The notes under the pieces were generated by a model. The model was given only the letters and a program-made list of their open reading frames with translations, was not told the origin of the DNA and did no database searches. Source: Octopus sinensis (taxonomy: Eukaryota). From it: a DNA stretch of 64,000 nucleotides. The stretch covers positions 28,024,001 to 28,088,000 of the forward strand of contig NC_042997.1 in NCBI RefSeq assembly GCF_006345805.1, given 5' to 3'. The position numbers and the translations under genes were made by a program. Positions 52,360 through 64,000 of this stretch are shown here, piece by piece (the first letter of the stretch is position 1; each line of letters opens with the position of its first letter).

Positions 52360-55229
52360 GTCTTGATATATTATAAATGAAAGAGTGTTGTGGTTGCCGA
52401 CCGGTTTCGCTTTCGCTAATCATGGCATTGAAATTATTGTAATTTTGTATTTTCTTAAGATTTTAGTCTATGTTCTTGTATGAAAGTTTGTGAATGAATC
52501 AACAAGTAGGAAAATCTAGTAGGAGGCAATTGGCCATAGTTATTGCTCGGGACAGGGAAGGCACTTGTTAGGGTGGAATAAATAAACATACAAAAACTCA
52601 TAAACTAAAGTAGTGAAATGAATAATGTGCAGTGATAGACATGTGATCATGTTTAAAATATATACTGAGAACAAAGATGATTATGCGTTCATATTTAGGC
52701 GTGTTCTGTAATTTTGATAAAATTTTTTTTTTATTTAAACGTTTATGTATAGAAATTGTTTCTTTGCATTAATAGATTGGAAAAACTGTGAAATTTGGTT
52801 GGAAATTTTCGGTACATCTCTATATGTGTTCACTCAAATGTATCTATTGATGTTCCTTATGTAGTGTGATTCTCCGTCTAAGTGACATACTTGCCTGTCC
52901 TCTATAGTTCTGTTCACAACCTGAACAAGTTATAACATAAATGACATTCTCAGATGCACAAGTGAAGCATGTTCTGCAGTTTGAACGAACACATTTTTTA
53001 ACCGTTGGTTTCGTTGTTGTTGTGTAAAGCATTGCACTTGTCAGTGTCTTTTCAGCGATTTGGGTTGAATTTTTCTGCTTTCAGAATGTTTTGCACAATA
53101 GTGTTGTATACCTCTTATTTCTAGGGTTGTGAGTTGATATATAAGATAGTATTTTGAGTTGAGCTGTGCTGTTTCGTTTTGTTTCCCTTGGTGTTTTAAT
53201 GCCTATTTTCTTTTCACGCTTAATTCCATCATCTATAAGTGATGGTGGATAGTGTCTCTCCATTAGTGTTATTCTGGGGACTTCAAGACGGAAGTTCTGA
53301 GTATTTCCATCAGACACTGTTGTGCAATCCCTTTTCGCTAAATTAAAGGTAATATTTCTTTTGTCGTGTTCCTGGTGGCATGAACTTAACAAAAGATATT
53401 GTTTCGAGTCCGTTGGTCTATCATAAATGTCAGTTACATTTGGTTGTTGACATTTTCATTAGAATATCTAAGAAAGGGAGCTGTTCCTCGCTCTATTTCG
53501 TTGTAAACTGAATGTTAGGGTTTATACTATTCAGTATTGATTTAAATTCTAAAAGTTTGTCAATTCTAAAAGCTTGTCTCATTCCAAATAATAAAGCATT
53601 CTTCCAGATACCTTTTCCAGTTATCTCTTATATAATGGTGAAATGGATATCCATATTGTTGCAGTGACACTTTATGTATGGTGATTTCAAAATACCCCAT
53701 TATTAGGTTCGCAAGAACAAGGGCTGCTTTCGTTGCCATGGCAATTTCACACTTTTGTCGATAGCAGGTGTCATCCAATAGGAAATAATTGTTCTGAAGT
53801 ATAAATTTTAAAGTTTCAATAATAAACACCTAGTTTATACGTTCCGGGAGTTCTTTGAGATACTTTTCCAGCCAGAATTGTATTGCTTCTATTCGTTAGT
53901 CGTGTGGGATATTGTAAAGATTTAAAAAAAGATTAAAAACATCGAAGGAAATCCAAGATATCTCTTCATTACTTGTCTTTGGTAGGTGCTGAAGCATACC
54001 TAGATCGCCTGTAATGAAACTTTTGATGTATTTCAGAACGGGTTTCAGAAGGATGTCTAGAAAGTTGCTTAGGCACTGGGGTTGGTTCACAGGCTGAGAC
54101 AGCTATAATGGGTCTGAACTTTTTGCATTCTGGCGCTAGTGCTTTTATGTATTCGCCTGGTGAATGTTTGCAGACTTCATTAAATATATTGCTCTTGTTT
54201 ATTTTATGTAGGCCGTAGAAAAATCTAGGTATAGTCTATTTCTTTATCTTTGAGGTATTTTCTATGTAGATAGATTAAAGATGTATGATTTTCATTATTT
54301 TTTTGTTGTTCATAGTTTACAACGTTTTCATAGATATCATTTTACAGCATGGATAATACTAGGTTTTTGTAGTATTCTGTGTCCATCAGGACTCTAGCAC
54401 TTCCTTTGCTTCTTTGATTGTCAATTCTTTGTTGCTTAGCAGTTCAATTAGATTTTTCCATTCTAAATTATTGAGGTCTGAATTAATTTTTAGGTTATGG
54501 AAATCATTTGGGAAATTTTGAATATGGTTGAAAAAGTCGTCTAGTGATTTATTCCTTCTCTTAGGTGGAAGATGATTGCTTCTATTTTTAACCAGTGATT
54601 CATCCTCGTTGATAAGTGCTTCTGTGAGTCGTAGTTTTCTAATGAATTCCGAAATATTGTCTTTAATTTCATTCTGGTTAGATCTTCGTGGGGCTGGGGT
54701 AAATTCTAATCCTTCAGTTAATATACTGATTTTTGTTGCAGAGAGAGATTTTTTTTTGATAAATTTATTACTTTGGGTTTCTCCTGTATGTTTTGTTACA
54801 ACGTGTGTCCCTGTTTCTCTACACTCGGTCTAAAAACGTTTTACTGTAATTTTGTTGGAAGAAATCTCAAAGTTATTAATTACATTAAAATTGTCAGGAG
54901 ACTGGATTTGCTGCCTGAGTAAATTGGTTGGAATTACGTGGTTCGAGTTTTCTCATTGGTATATATTGTCAGGGATTTTACTAAATTGTCAGATGTTTTT
55001 CTTGAAGTGGAGATCTGAAATTTATTCTCTTTCAAAATGAGCTTCGTAACTAAGGAAAAAATTTACACTGTTTTCCCACCGTTGTAGGGAATTTATTTTT
55101 TCCGACTCACAGCTATCTTTCCATAGTTTGAAAAAAAAACTTTTCCAAAAGTTGTTCCCCAGTATGTTTAGTGAGTTCGGTATGCGTCCATTTTTCATAC
55201 ATTTCTGCCTTATTATTATTTTTTATCAT
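52360..55229 (-). mobile_element. Penelope-like element (RT + Cys-rich linker + C-terminal GIY-YIG), near full-length ORF, decayed
   Basis: ATG at 55229; GLEFTP, IKEA.KG, FYGL.KI, RPII, LQNNYF, AM.TKAA, PFLDI, SSCH, then CVRSNCRTC and NVIYVITCSGC...YRGQ...LRRRITLH (GIY-YIG); many stops and frameshifts. The Cys-rich linker suggests a Neptune-like clade (inference). Confidence 0.9.
52395..52427 (-). ncRNA. Minimal type I hammerhead ribozyme motif with an A3-U8 core
   Basis: Minus strand TGCC-ATGATTA-GC-GAAA-GC-GAAAC-CG-GTC-GGCA: stem I 4 bp, stem II 2 bp with GAAA loop, palindromic stem III ACCGGT, GUC cleavage triplet (C17 = 52399). Confidence 0.75.
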
Positions 55230-55332
55230 GTTCCAAAGATTACATTTTCAAGCGTAAAAGCTTTTGGTTCAAATACAGCATTACAACTCACCACGTTGGG
55301 ATAATCGAAATTATCTTGCTCACTTTTTTTTA

Positions 55333-55374
<42 letters not shown>

Positions 55375-55410
55375 TTGTCTTACCATTTCTATCAATATAT
55401 ATATACATAC

Positions 55411-55450
<40 letters not shown>

Positions 55451-55478
55451 TAAGAAAAGTGAGCAAGAGAATTTCGAT

Positions 55479-55514
<36 letters not shown>

Positions 55515-55519
55515 TACAC

Positions 55520-55760
55520 ACTCCTATACTCTAGTAAAATTTGGGAACTAAAAACAAATAATATACAGTTCAACCTGAAATGGGATATAGTAAGAAGAGC
55601 ACAGGCTTATAAAAATAGTAGAGGTGGTTGTCAACTTTGTTCTATGGAAACTTATGAAATTTGGAAACATCAAAGTGCTACAAATCTATCAAATAACCGT
55701 TTGGAGCTAGCAGTATCTTGTATACACCGTACAACCCGTACGTTTCAATACTTTAAATAA
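55520..55760 (+). mobile_element. PLE GIY-YIG C-terminal fragment (second family), followed by an AT-rich 3' region to ~58140 that is interrupted by the CR1
   Basis: SKIWELK...[12 protein letters not shown]...[11 protein letters not shown]...[13 protein letters not shown] matches the W.LK...W.I....Y....C.LC..E..I....N.R.E...C.H tail seen in some PLE endonucleases. Confidence 0.65.
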
Positions 55761-56767
55761 TAATATTATGAATATCCCTAAATTTTAATTCTTTATAACC
55801 AAATAAGAACAAATATACCATACTGGTTTTTAAATTAACATTCATAGATTACTAAAAAACTTCATTGCAAACTTAGAATTAAATTCTTCTATTTTCTAAT
55901 ATTCTCCAATACTAAATAATATAAATCCTATGTCCCTAAGGAAACTATTCGGTTCACCTTCTATTCTCACTTCCATTTCTTAATATATAATTAACCTAAG
56001 ATATTTTTATCTAACTAATTAACCTTTATCCGCGGGTAGTAAATATTATTTCCAATAGATCCTATATTTTAATTCATTAATAACAACTCACTATCTATGA
56101 AATCTGAATAATTTACTCTTCTAAATTACCTCTCTTCATATTATTTAATCACCTTCTACTAAACCTACAAATACATTTCTTCTTTGATTTCTCCTCTTCC
56201 ATTTTTCCTAGTATATTTTGACACCTAATATATTCACTTGATTAATAAGACTTTTCCCCCAGGTAATAAGTATTATGCCTACTCATAATAAGTGATAGTC
56301 TTTTCTCTAAATTGAATAAATTTTAGATCTATATTTTTTCTTTTAATCCAACGTGTCCTAATACTGAGAACCTATAAGCTATTGTTGTGTTGATATGCAT
56401 TGTTTTATAAGATCTCTGCATTCTCTGTGAGTGTTATTGTGACCACTTGACATTGACCTAGTTCTCCTAATACCAAATCTGTTCACCAAATAGTAGTAAT
56501 TGGCATTGTAGTGTGACAATCCTGTTCTCTACATAAATTCCTTTATATGGAACTCTGACATCTCTTTCACCCCATTTCTATAAATTGAAAATCTTTGTTG
56601 TCTCCTTTCATTTGTTCTTTCTTCTCAGAACCTTACAGTAGTTCAGAGCAACTGAATTTTAGTCAGTCAGTTGATGGGCCCCACTACATCAAATGTTCTT
56701 AAAATTTAAATCCACATCTTTGTCTATATTATATATCTACCTTCTCTATAATGTTACCACTTGATAT

Positions 56768-57900
56768 AAGTTAAGTTAAGTTAATTTTTGGCCCAAAAAG
56801 CAAAAAGCAAGGCCATGTAGGGGGACATGGAGTTATGTACAGGGAGGGTGTTCATACAAAGAGTTCAGGCCATTTCTGGTCAAGAGAGACTTTGAATCGA
56901 GCGGTTGTCGGCATTTTCACTATCTCGTCCGGCACCTTATTCATCTCCTTCGATTGAGATGAAATCGTCGCAGATAGAGCTTTTCGGAGTGACTCCGCAA
57001 CCGACGCTCTGGAGCAGGAGTGAAGAACAGCTCTTTCCGCTTATGATGTTGTGAGCGAGATTTAGATCACCACGGCGTAGTCGTTTTTCTAGAGAATACA
57101 GGTCGAGCGTCTTCAGCCTTTCTTCATAAGACAAATGCTTGAGACAAAGAACCATGCGGGTAGCCAGCTTCTGGACTCTTTCAAGATACTGTATGTCTTT
57201 GAGGAGATAAGGAGAAGAGGCTTGAATCCCGTACTCCAATATGAGTCTCACCAGCGTGACATAGAGCGGTAGGAATATGGCTGCTGTGAGCATTCCGAAT
57301 GACCGTCGAATCAAAAACAGAACTCCGCGTGGTTTGTTGGTAGCATGGACGCACTGGGTCGAAGGCGAAAAGGAGGAATTCACTAAGATACCCAGGTCCT
57401 TTACCTGGTTGGTCCTCTCCAGCAGCAGAAATCAAGTTGAGTTGCAGGAGAGGAGCCAACAGGCAGATGACAGCACTTTGACACGTTCAGACACAGATCC
57501 CATTCGTAAGTTCATCTCCAAACTTGGTGGAGGCATCAACGAAGATCATCTATATCATCGCGAGCAGCGACCAGTTTGACATCATCGGCAAATAGAAGGG
57601 TGTGTTGTGTGAGGTCGTCGGGCAAGTCATTTATGAAGACTAAAAACAATAAGGGCCCAAAAACTGAACCTTGAGGCACGCCACTGCTCGCACTGGAGAC
57701 GTTGGACAGCGAACCATTAACTTGGACTTGGAAGGAGCGATCTGAGAAGAAGTCACCAACCCATCGTACAATATCCGGATGGAAACTATATGCTTGAAGA
57801 TTGACAGGTAATAGGCGGAGTCAAAAGCTTTGGCAAAGTCCAATAAAACGATGTCAACAGCATCACCATCATCCAGGATACGCGTCACCAATTCTTCCAT
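56768..57900 (-). mobile_element. 5'-truncated CR1/L2-type LINE with (AACTT)n tail
   Basis: DIVLLDFAKAFDS, VPQGSVLGPLLF/FINDLP/FADD, LYVTLVRLILEYG, LERVQKLATRM, YEERLKTLDLYSLEKR; three AAGTT repeats at 56768-56782. Confidence 0.9.
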
Positions 57901-57943
57901 TACAAGTAATGAAAATTATGTATTAATGGAAAACCTCTATAAA

Positions 57944-58027
57944 TGGCTGATGAGTGCTCATCATTTAAAAAATATTGTAATACTTACAACTTTTAATAAA
58001 ATGATGTAGTGCGAAACGATCCTACCA
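57944..58027 (+). ncRNA. Type I hammerhead motif with an extended stem II
   Basis: TGG-CTGATGA-[GTGCTCATCATTT...AAATGATG-T-AGTGC]-GAAAC-GATC-CTA-CCA; core intact, C15.2/C16.2 mismatch. Confidence 0.6.
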
Positions 58028-58149
58028 AATTATCGGAGCTATTCTTATTGCTTATTTTGATTATAATCACCCCATGGATAAATATGGATAACACCATACA
58101 GAATTCTGGTGCATCTAACTTAAGTACCATATTCATTTGAATCTAAATT

Positions 58150-58480
<331 letters not shown>

Positions 58481-58960
58481 TGTGTATGTAAGTATGGAGT
58501 AAAATAAATGTATTGAGTTTCAAATCTCAATCTTACCTCTGTCAAGCATATAGGCACAAACACATACATATACCACACACGCAAGCACACGCGTGTGCGC
58601 GCACATACGCACACGTACAAACGCATACTCACACACAAACACACACACGCACACACACTTACACACATAATTCTTATCCTCTATATCATCATTCAACTTG
58701 CTAGAAATAGGAGCATTTCCATTAAATCACACCATTCTGTTTAAATATAAAAGGAGAAAAATATACACCACAGTGTAATGTATTCCAAGGTAAACATTAC
58801 TTCAAAGATAATAGATAAGGAAAATTAAGGAAAGGCATGGTTGTCTGAAGAAGCTCACTTTACAACCATGTATTTTTGGGTTCGACCCGACAACACAGTG
58901 AATTTGTTACACGGAAATGGCGTGCATACATATATACATACATATATGTATGCACGTGTG

Positions 58961-58994
<34 letters not shown>

Positions 58995-59076
58995 TGTATG
59001 TATGTATGTATGTATGTATGTATGTATGTATGTATGTGTGTGTATGTATGTATGTATGTGTGTGTGTATGTATGTA

Positions 59077-59110
<34 letters not shown>

Positions 59111-59630
59111 CTTTATTTAAAAGCAGCAGAAATATAAAAAAAGCTGCTAGAGTTTCACGTTCCCGTTCGTCGGACAGTTTTGAGTACTCTGTTTTCCACC
59201 TTGTTTCACATTTATGTGCTTACTCCGGTATATATATGTATATATATATATATATATATACTCGTATTTGCTTGTCTTTGTCCAAGTGATCCTGAGTGTA
59301 TGTATGCGCGAGCTTACGTCACAATGCCTATACTTATATAAATTATTTTTCCCTTAATCTTTTATTTGTTGTCATTCGTTTACGAGTAGCTATAGCTATA
59401 AATTTACCTATTCCATGTCAGTAGAAACAACAAAGCCTATAGGCAACCACTTACAGGCCCATAATGACAGGCTGTATAATCGAACCAAGAGAAACCAAGT
59501 TTTGCAACGTAACCTGATGCACCATAACCAGTTGTATAGCATCTCACTCGCATGGGATCGGTGCGAGATGAGTTGCAGCGATTGTTGTGATTAATAAAGA
59601 ATTCCATTGTGTGTGTGTGTGCGTGTGTGT

Positions 59631-59683
<53 letters not shown>

Positions 59684-60541
59684 CTGTGCGTGTGTATGAA
59701 CGTATTTCCGCTGAGCACGTAGCAATAGATTTGTATGTTTCCGTAACACGGCGTTTCGGCAATAGAAACCGACCGAATAAGTACCAGATGTTTTAAAATC
59801 TAAATATAAGTACTGGAATCGATTTGTTCGATTAAACCTTCCAAAGAGGTACCCAAACATTGTCGGACTCCAACGACTGGAACAACTAAAAGAAATGAGT
59901 TATGTCCAGAACATAGTATGACCTGGGGTCTTACAGAATTTTCATATATATGTGCTTTTTTAGACTGGCGTATACACGCATGTGAGGACACAGATACAGA
60001 AACACACGCACGGACGCAGAGACACAGGCACACACGCACGCAAGTACAGACGCACGTTCAAATGCAGTTATTCTGCTCACACACGCCTCGATTCATAGCG
60101 TAATCACACACATGTAGTTTTATCATAAACACTTTCACACATTGAGGCATACACATACTCATATCAACACGCACGCGTACATCTTCCCTCTCACACTCGC
60201 ATCACTTAATGGCAAACTCACACACGTAAGTTATATATTAAAGATTTTTACACTTTTATACACATATCTACACTTACGTAAACATACTCAAACATACGCA
60301 CACTAATTCACGCACGTAACTCAATGCACAACAGAATTCAATAAATACCGAACTACTCTGTTTATCTTCCACAGTCTTGAAATTCCATTGCTGTATTCCT
60401 CATATGGTTTCTCTCTTTTCACGCTTTCTTTCACTAACCTTTCTCTCAGGGTTTCTCACTTGTTTATTCATTCTTCAGACACACTCTTTCTCACTCTCTT
60501 CAATTCATTCACACCCTCTCTTTCTCACGCTGATATATCTA

Positions 60542-60542
60542 T

Positions 60543-60588
<46 letters not shown>

Positions 60589-60752
60589 ACACACACACAC
60601 ACACAGACAGACAAACACACACACACAAACACACACACAGACACACAGACACACACACACAAACACACACACAGACACACAGACACATACACACAGACAC
60701 ACACACACAGACACACACACACAATCACACTCACACTCACACACACACACGT
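60542..60752. repeat. (CA)n-rich compound microsatellite
   Basis: Direct reading of the sequence. Confidence 0.95.
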
Positions 60753-61048
60753 ATAAATACTTCTATGTATATACATACATGTTTGTCTAAAAGAATAGGA
60801 GGAATAGATATGTGTCCGTGATCATACATACCGCTCTCTCAAGTGTGTTCTTATCTTTATAGAATTACACACGAATATGCACACTCACACATACACACAC
60901 ACACATACACAGACACAGACACACACACACAGACACACGCACACACGCACACACAAACACACACACAAACATATACACACTCATGTATCGCGCGTCTTTA
61001 GTCGAATATATTAATGTGTGTATGCGTGTGGTGTATGTATGCGTGTGT

Positions 61049-61084
<36 letters not shown>

Positions 61085-61937
61085 CGAGACTGTATTTTTA
61101 TTGAATAATGTTTTCATCAGACGAGGAGAGTTAGAGTAGTGTCCATTGAATTTGAAGACCCTCTCTGGGCTAATGGAGATCAATGCAGTTAATAATGTTC
61201 AGCTTGAATTTGTATTTGGTCGTATTTTGTAGAAATGCGTAGGTGGAATTCCACAATGATGCAGTTTGCTCTGGGTGAAAATGAATCAGAAAGTACCTAA
61301 GTGGTGGATCTCTGAGTGATGGAGAGTAATAAGTAACTGGCAAGTCGATTAGACTTAGTGCGGTAAAATTCACATTGATGCGGCACTTTTGTGGTAGAAG
61401 CGCCAGAAAGAGAAAAAGCTTTCAGTGAATTATAATGTAATCCATAAAGAAATTCATATCATATTTTCTTTAGCCCATGGAAAACTATGATAAGGTCGGT
61501 ATTATAGATATCTATAATATTGAAAACATTAATAATTTAATTTTGTTTGATTTATGGAGCAGTATTAATATTGTGTTCTTTTGAGCGGACAAAAAGCAAT
61601 GTTTCCGGTGAAGATCACTCTATCGATGAAATTGTTTTAAAAATATATGTTATTAAAAATATTCTTATAGAATACAACACTATGTGAAATAATGTTTATG
61701 TTTGACAGTCATCAATAAGGAAGGAGAGAGTAGTACTTTGACTAGTTTCAAAGGAATTTAGGACTAGGGGATGAAGAGATTTTCGGTGCTGCTATCTGAA
61801 TAAAAGACATGAGGAACCAAAGGAAATGTAATGCCCCGTTAGACTTGCACAGAATGTATGTGTATATATGTGTGTCTGCGTACACAAAGATGGACTGTTA
61901 AATGGACATATAGATGGATACATACATAGATGTAGAG

Positions 61938-61984
<47 letters not shown>

Positions 61985-62065
61985 CGTCCACTATATACAT
62001 ATGCATATATATATATATATAATATATATATATATATATTCATATATATTCAATACGTGTAAGTC

Positions 62066-63019
62066 ATTGTCAACGGGGGTTCCATCCTTGAAGACGAGCC
62101 TTGTCCTTGAAGATCTGTAGAGCTCGACGAGGACGTCCTGCAAAACCTGGTGGAACAAAATCTCATCGTAACTTTTGAAAAACTAGCGGAGAAGCTTGGA
62201 TTTGGTCATTCAACCATTCATCAATACCTGCGGGCCATTGAGAAAGTCAGCAAATTAGGTCAATGGGTTCCTCACAAACTTTTCGTGTGTAATTGCACGC
62301 ATAGAGTGAATGTGTGCTCTTCTTTACTGTCACGTCTCACGAATGAAACGTTTTTGGACAAAATAATGACTGGTGACGAGAAATGGGTTCCCAATAAAAG
62401 TCTCAAGCGCTGAAGACATTGGGTAGGGAAAGGAGAAACACTAGCAACCCAGGCTAAAGAAGTCTACTGTCACGTAAGGTGTTGTTATCTGTTTGGTGGG
62501 ATATGAAATGTTTAGTCCACTTTGATCTTTTAAACCCAAACCAAACGTTAACAAAAGAGATCTACTGCGAGCTGCTTCAGTGGTTTAAGTCAGCGCTAGA
62601 ATAAAAACGATCGTCTTTAGTTTCAGGACGACAGGTTTTCTTCCATCAGGATAATGCTCGACCACATACAGGGATGATAACATTCGAAAGGCTGGAGCCG
62701 TTTGAATGGGAAACGAAGCCTCACCCACAATATTCGCCGGACTTTGTCCCATCTGATAACCATTTATTCCGCAGTATCAAAATAATTTGGACAGAAAAAA
62801 TATGAACTCTTTAGACGAGGTCAGAGCAGTACTGAAAGATTATTTTTCGTCACGGACAAGTAAATTTTGGAAGAATGGCCTTGCAAGTCTACTAAGTAGA
62901 TGGAAAAGCATTGTAGAAAATGAAGGAGAGTATATTTTAGATTAAAAAAGAACTTTATCTTAATTTTGAAAAATAAAAGAAGTAGAAAAAGAAACCGCAT
63001 TATATACGGGATAACCCAA
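62066..63019 (+). mobile_element. Decayed mariner (DD34D) transposon, 5' end lost
   Basis: WVPHKL, FLDKIMTGDEKWV, FFHQDNARPH, HPQYSPDFVPSDNHLF; 3' TIR AAACCGCATTATATACGGGATAACCCAA followed by TA at 63020-63021. Confidence 0.9.
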
Positions 63020-64000
63020 TATATTATATGGGAAAGGGACGAAAAGTATCTTTGAAATTAAAATCTATTAATTGGATTAAAAACATATTTAAACGAAGGA
63101 AGAATGACTCATAATGTATGAAAACAAGTTTTCTGGAAGTGTTAAAGACTTTTCAGTTTCCAGTCTCCGAGACTTTCGTATTATTAGGTTATCAATACAG
63201 AGATAATTGTTTTTAATCGTGTTAATTGTTATCAGTTCTGTCCCGGATATTGAACCCAGCTTCTATTACCTTACGTACGAGGGATGTATGAAAAGTCTTG
63301 AGCCGCAAGAAAAACAAAGCAAAACATGATACAAAACTTAACTTTTCATACACTCGTCGTAGTTCAAAATGTTCTTCCTTCCTTTTGAGCAGAACGACTA
63401 TTTCAAATTTTCCATTTGCACAAATGTGAAGATGTTCACTAAAGGAATCTTTTGGAAGGCTATAATTTTTGATTTGTTGCTGATACACCCAAACTTAATC
63501 CTGTTTAGCCGATATAAGTCGCATGCATTTTGTGATTGTGATGCAGTAAATTAGGCTCTGATCCGACATTTAGGATATAAGAACAGAAGAAAAAGAGGAA
63601 ACTAAAGTCAGAATAAACCTTTCACTTCAAAAGTGGAAGCAAAAATCACCCACTGACTTCAAGTATCTAAATTCAATAACAAAATCGAAATATATGACGC
63701 CATATCGCAGACAGAAATCACCGAACGAACAAATGGAATGAAAATACATTAGAAAAATTATTAGATTTGTGAAAAGAAGAGAAGAAGCAAAATGAAATAA
63801 AAGAGTAGAACTGAAAAATCTGTGGTTACGGGAATATTAAATCAATTATGGAGCATAATTTGTGAAAACTAAAATGAAATATGAAAATCTTAAAAATACA
63901 GAATTTTGCAAAAAAAAAAAATAAAGAAAAATACTATTCCTACTCTAATAATTTACAAGCTTAATCAAGAAATAATGAAAGAGTGACAACCCATAAATTC

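Noticed and set aside
53587-53625. PLE RT catalytic motif reads YLEE instead of YxDD
   Set aside because: The same element has many stops and frameshifts, so neutral decay explains it; it would matter only if the family consensus has EE.
52690-55229. Naiad-type selenoprotein PLE (in-frame UGA read as Sec)
   Set aside because: The endonuclease is C-terminal, not N-terminal, and the stops are a mix of TAA, TAG and TGA, not located at conserved Cys positions.
59437-59718. Minus ORF tail MEFFINHNNRCNSS...CHYGPVSGCL with a GTAAGT donor
   Set aside because: No acceptor (upstream is a CA repeat) and no recognisable domain.
61230-61450. RWNST motif suggestive of a hAT transposase
   Set aside because: A single five-residue motif in a short frame, with no other hAT blocks or TIRs.

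Overview
AT-rich, microsatellite-dense animal genomic DNA, made almost entirely of transposable elements. The SINE families look like those of Octopus or another cephalopod; this is recalled, not searched. I found no intact host protein-coding exon. The only host-like signal is a candidate minus-strand first exon or promoter at about 2.6-4 kb. Elements present: a full-length but frameshifted Tx1/L1-clade LINE with an 11-bp TSD (23837-29927) and a decayed related copy on the minus strand; several R4/Dong-like restriction-like-endonuclease LINEs sitting in (AAT)n tracts; Penelope-like element (PLE) remnants; a CR1-type LINE; a mariner; Helitron pieces; and at least four SINE families. Three observations stand out. 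(1) A 2.56-kb foldback element (34206-36765) has ~1-kb inverted arms built of ~141-146-bp tandem units, an 8-bp TSD, GG termini and a Merlin/ISXO2-like transposase remnant; it is inserted into a Helitron ORF and carries Helitron sequence in both arms. (2) A tRNA-headed SINE carries a minimal hammerhead ribozyme (HHR) motif in its tail. (3) A PLE-terminal minimal hammerhead has the conserved C3-G8 core pair replaced by A3-U8. Most ORFs in the supplied track are microsatellite translations or TE antisense frames. All family assignments rest on motif recognition by eye; no search, folding or cleavage assay was run.
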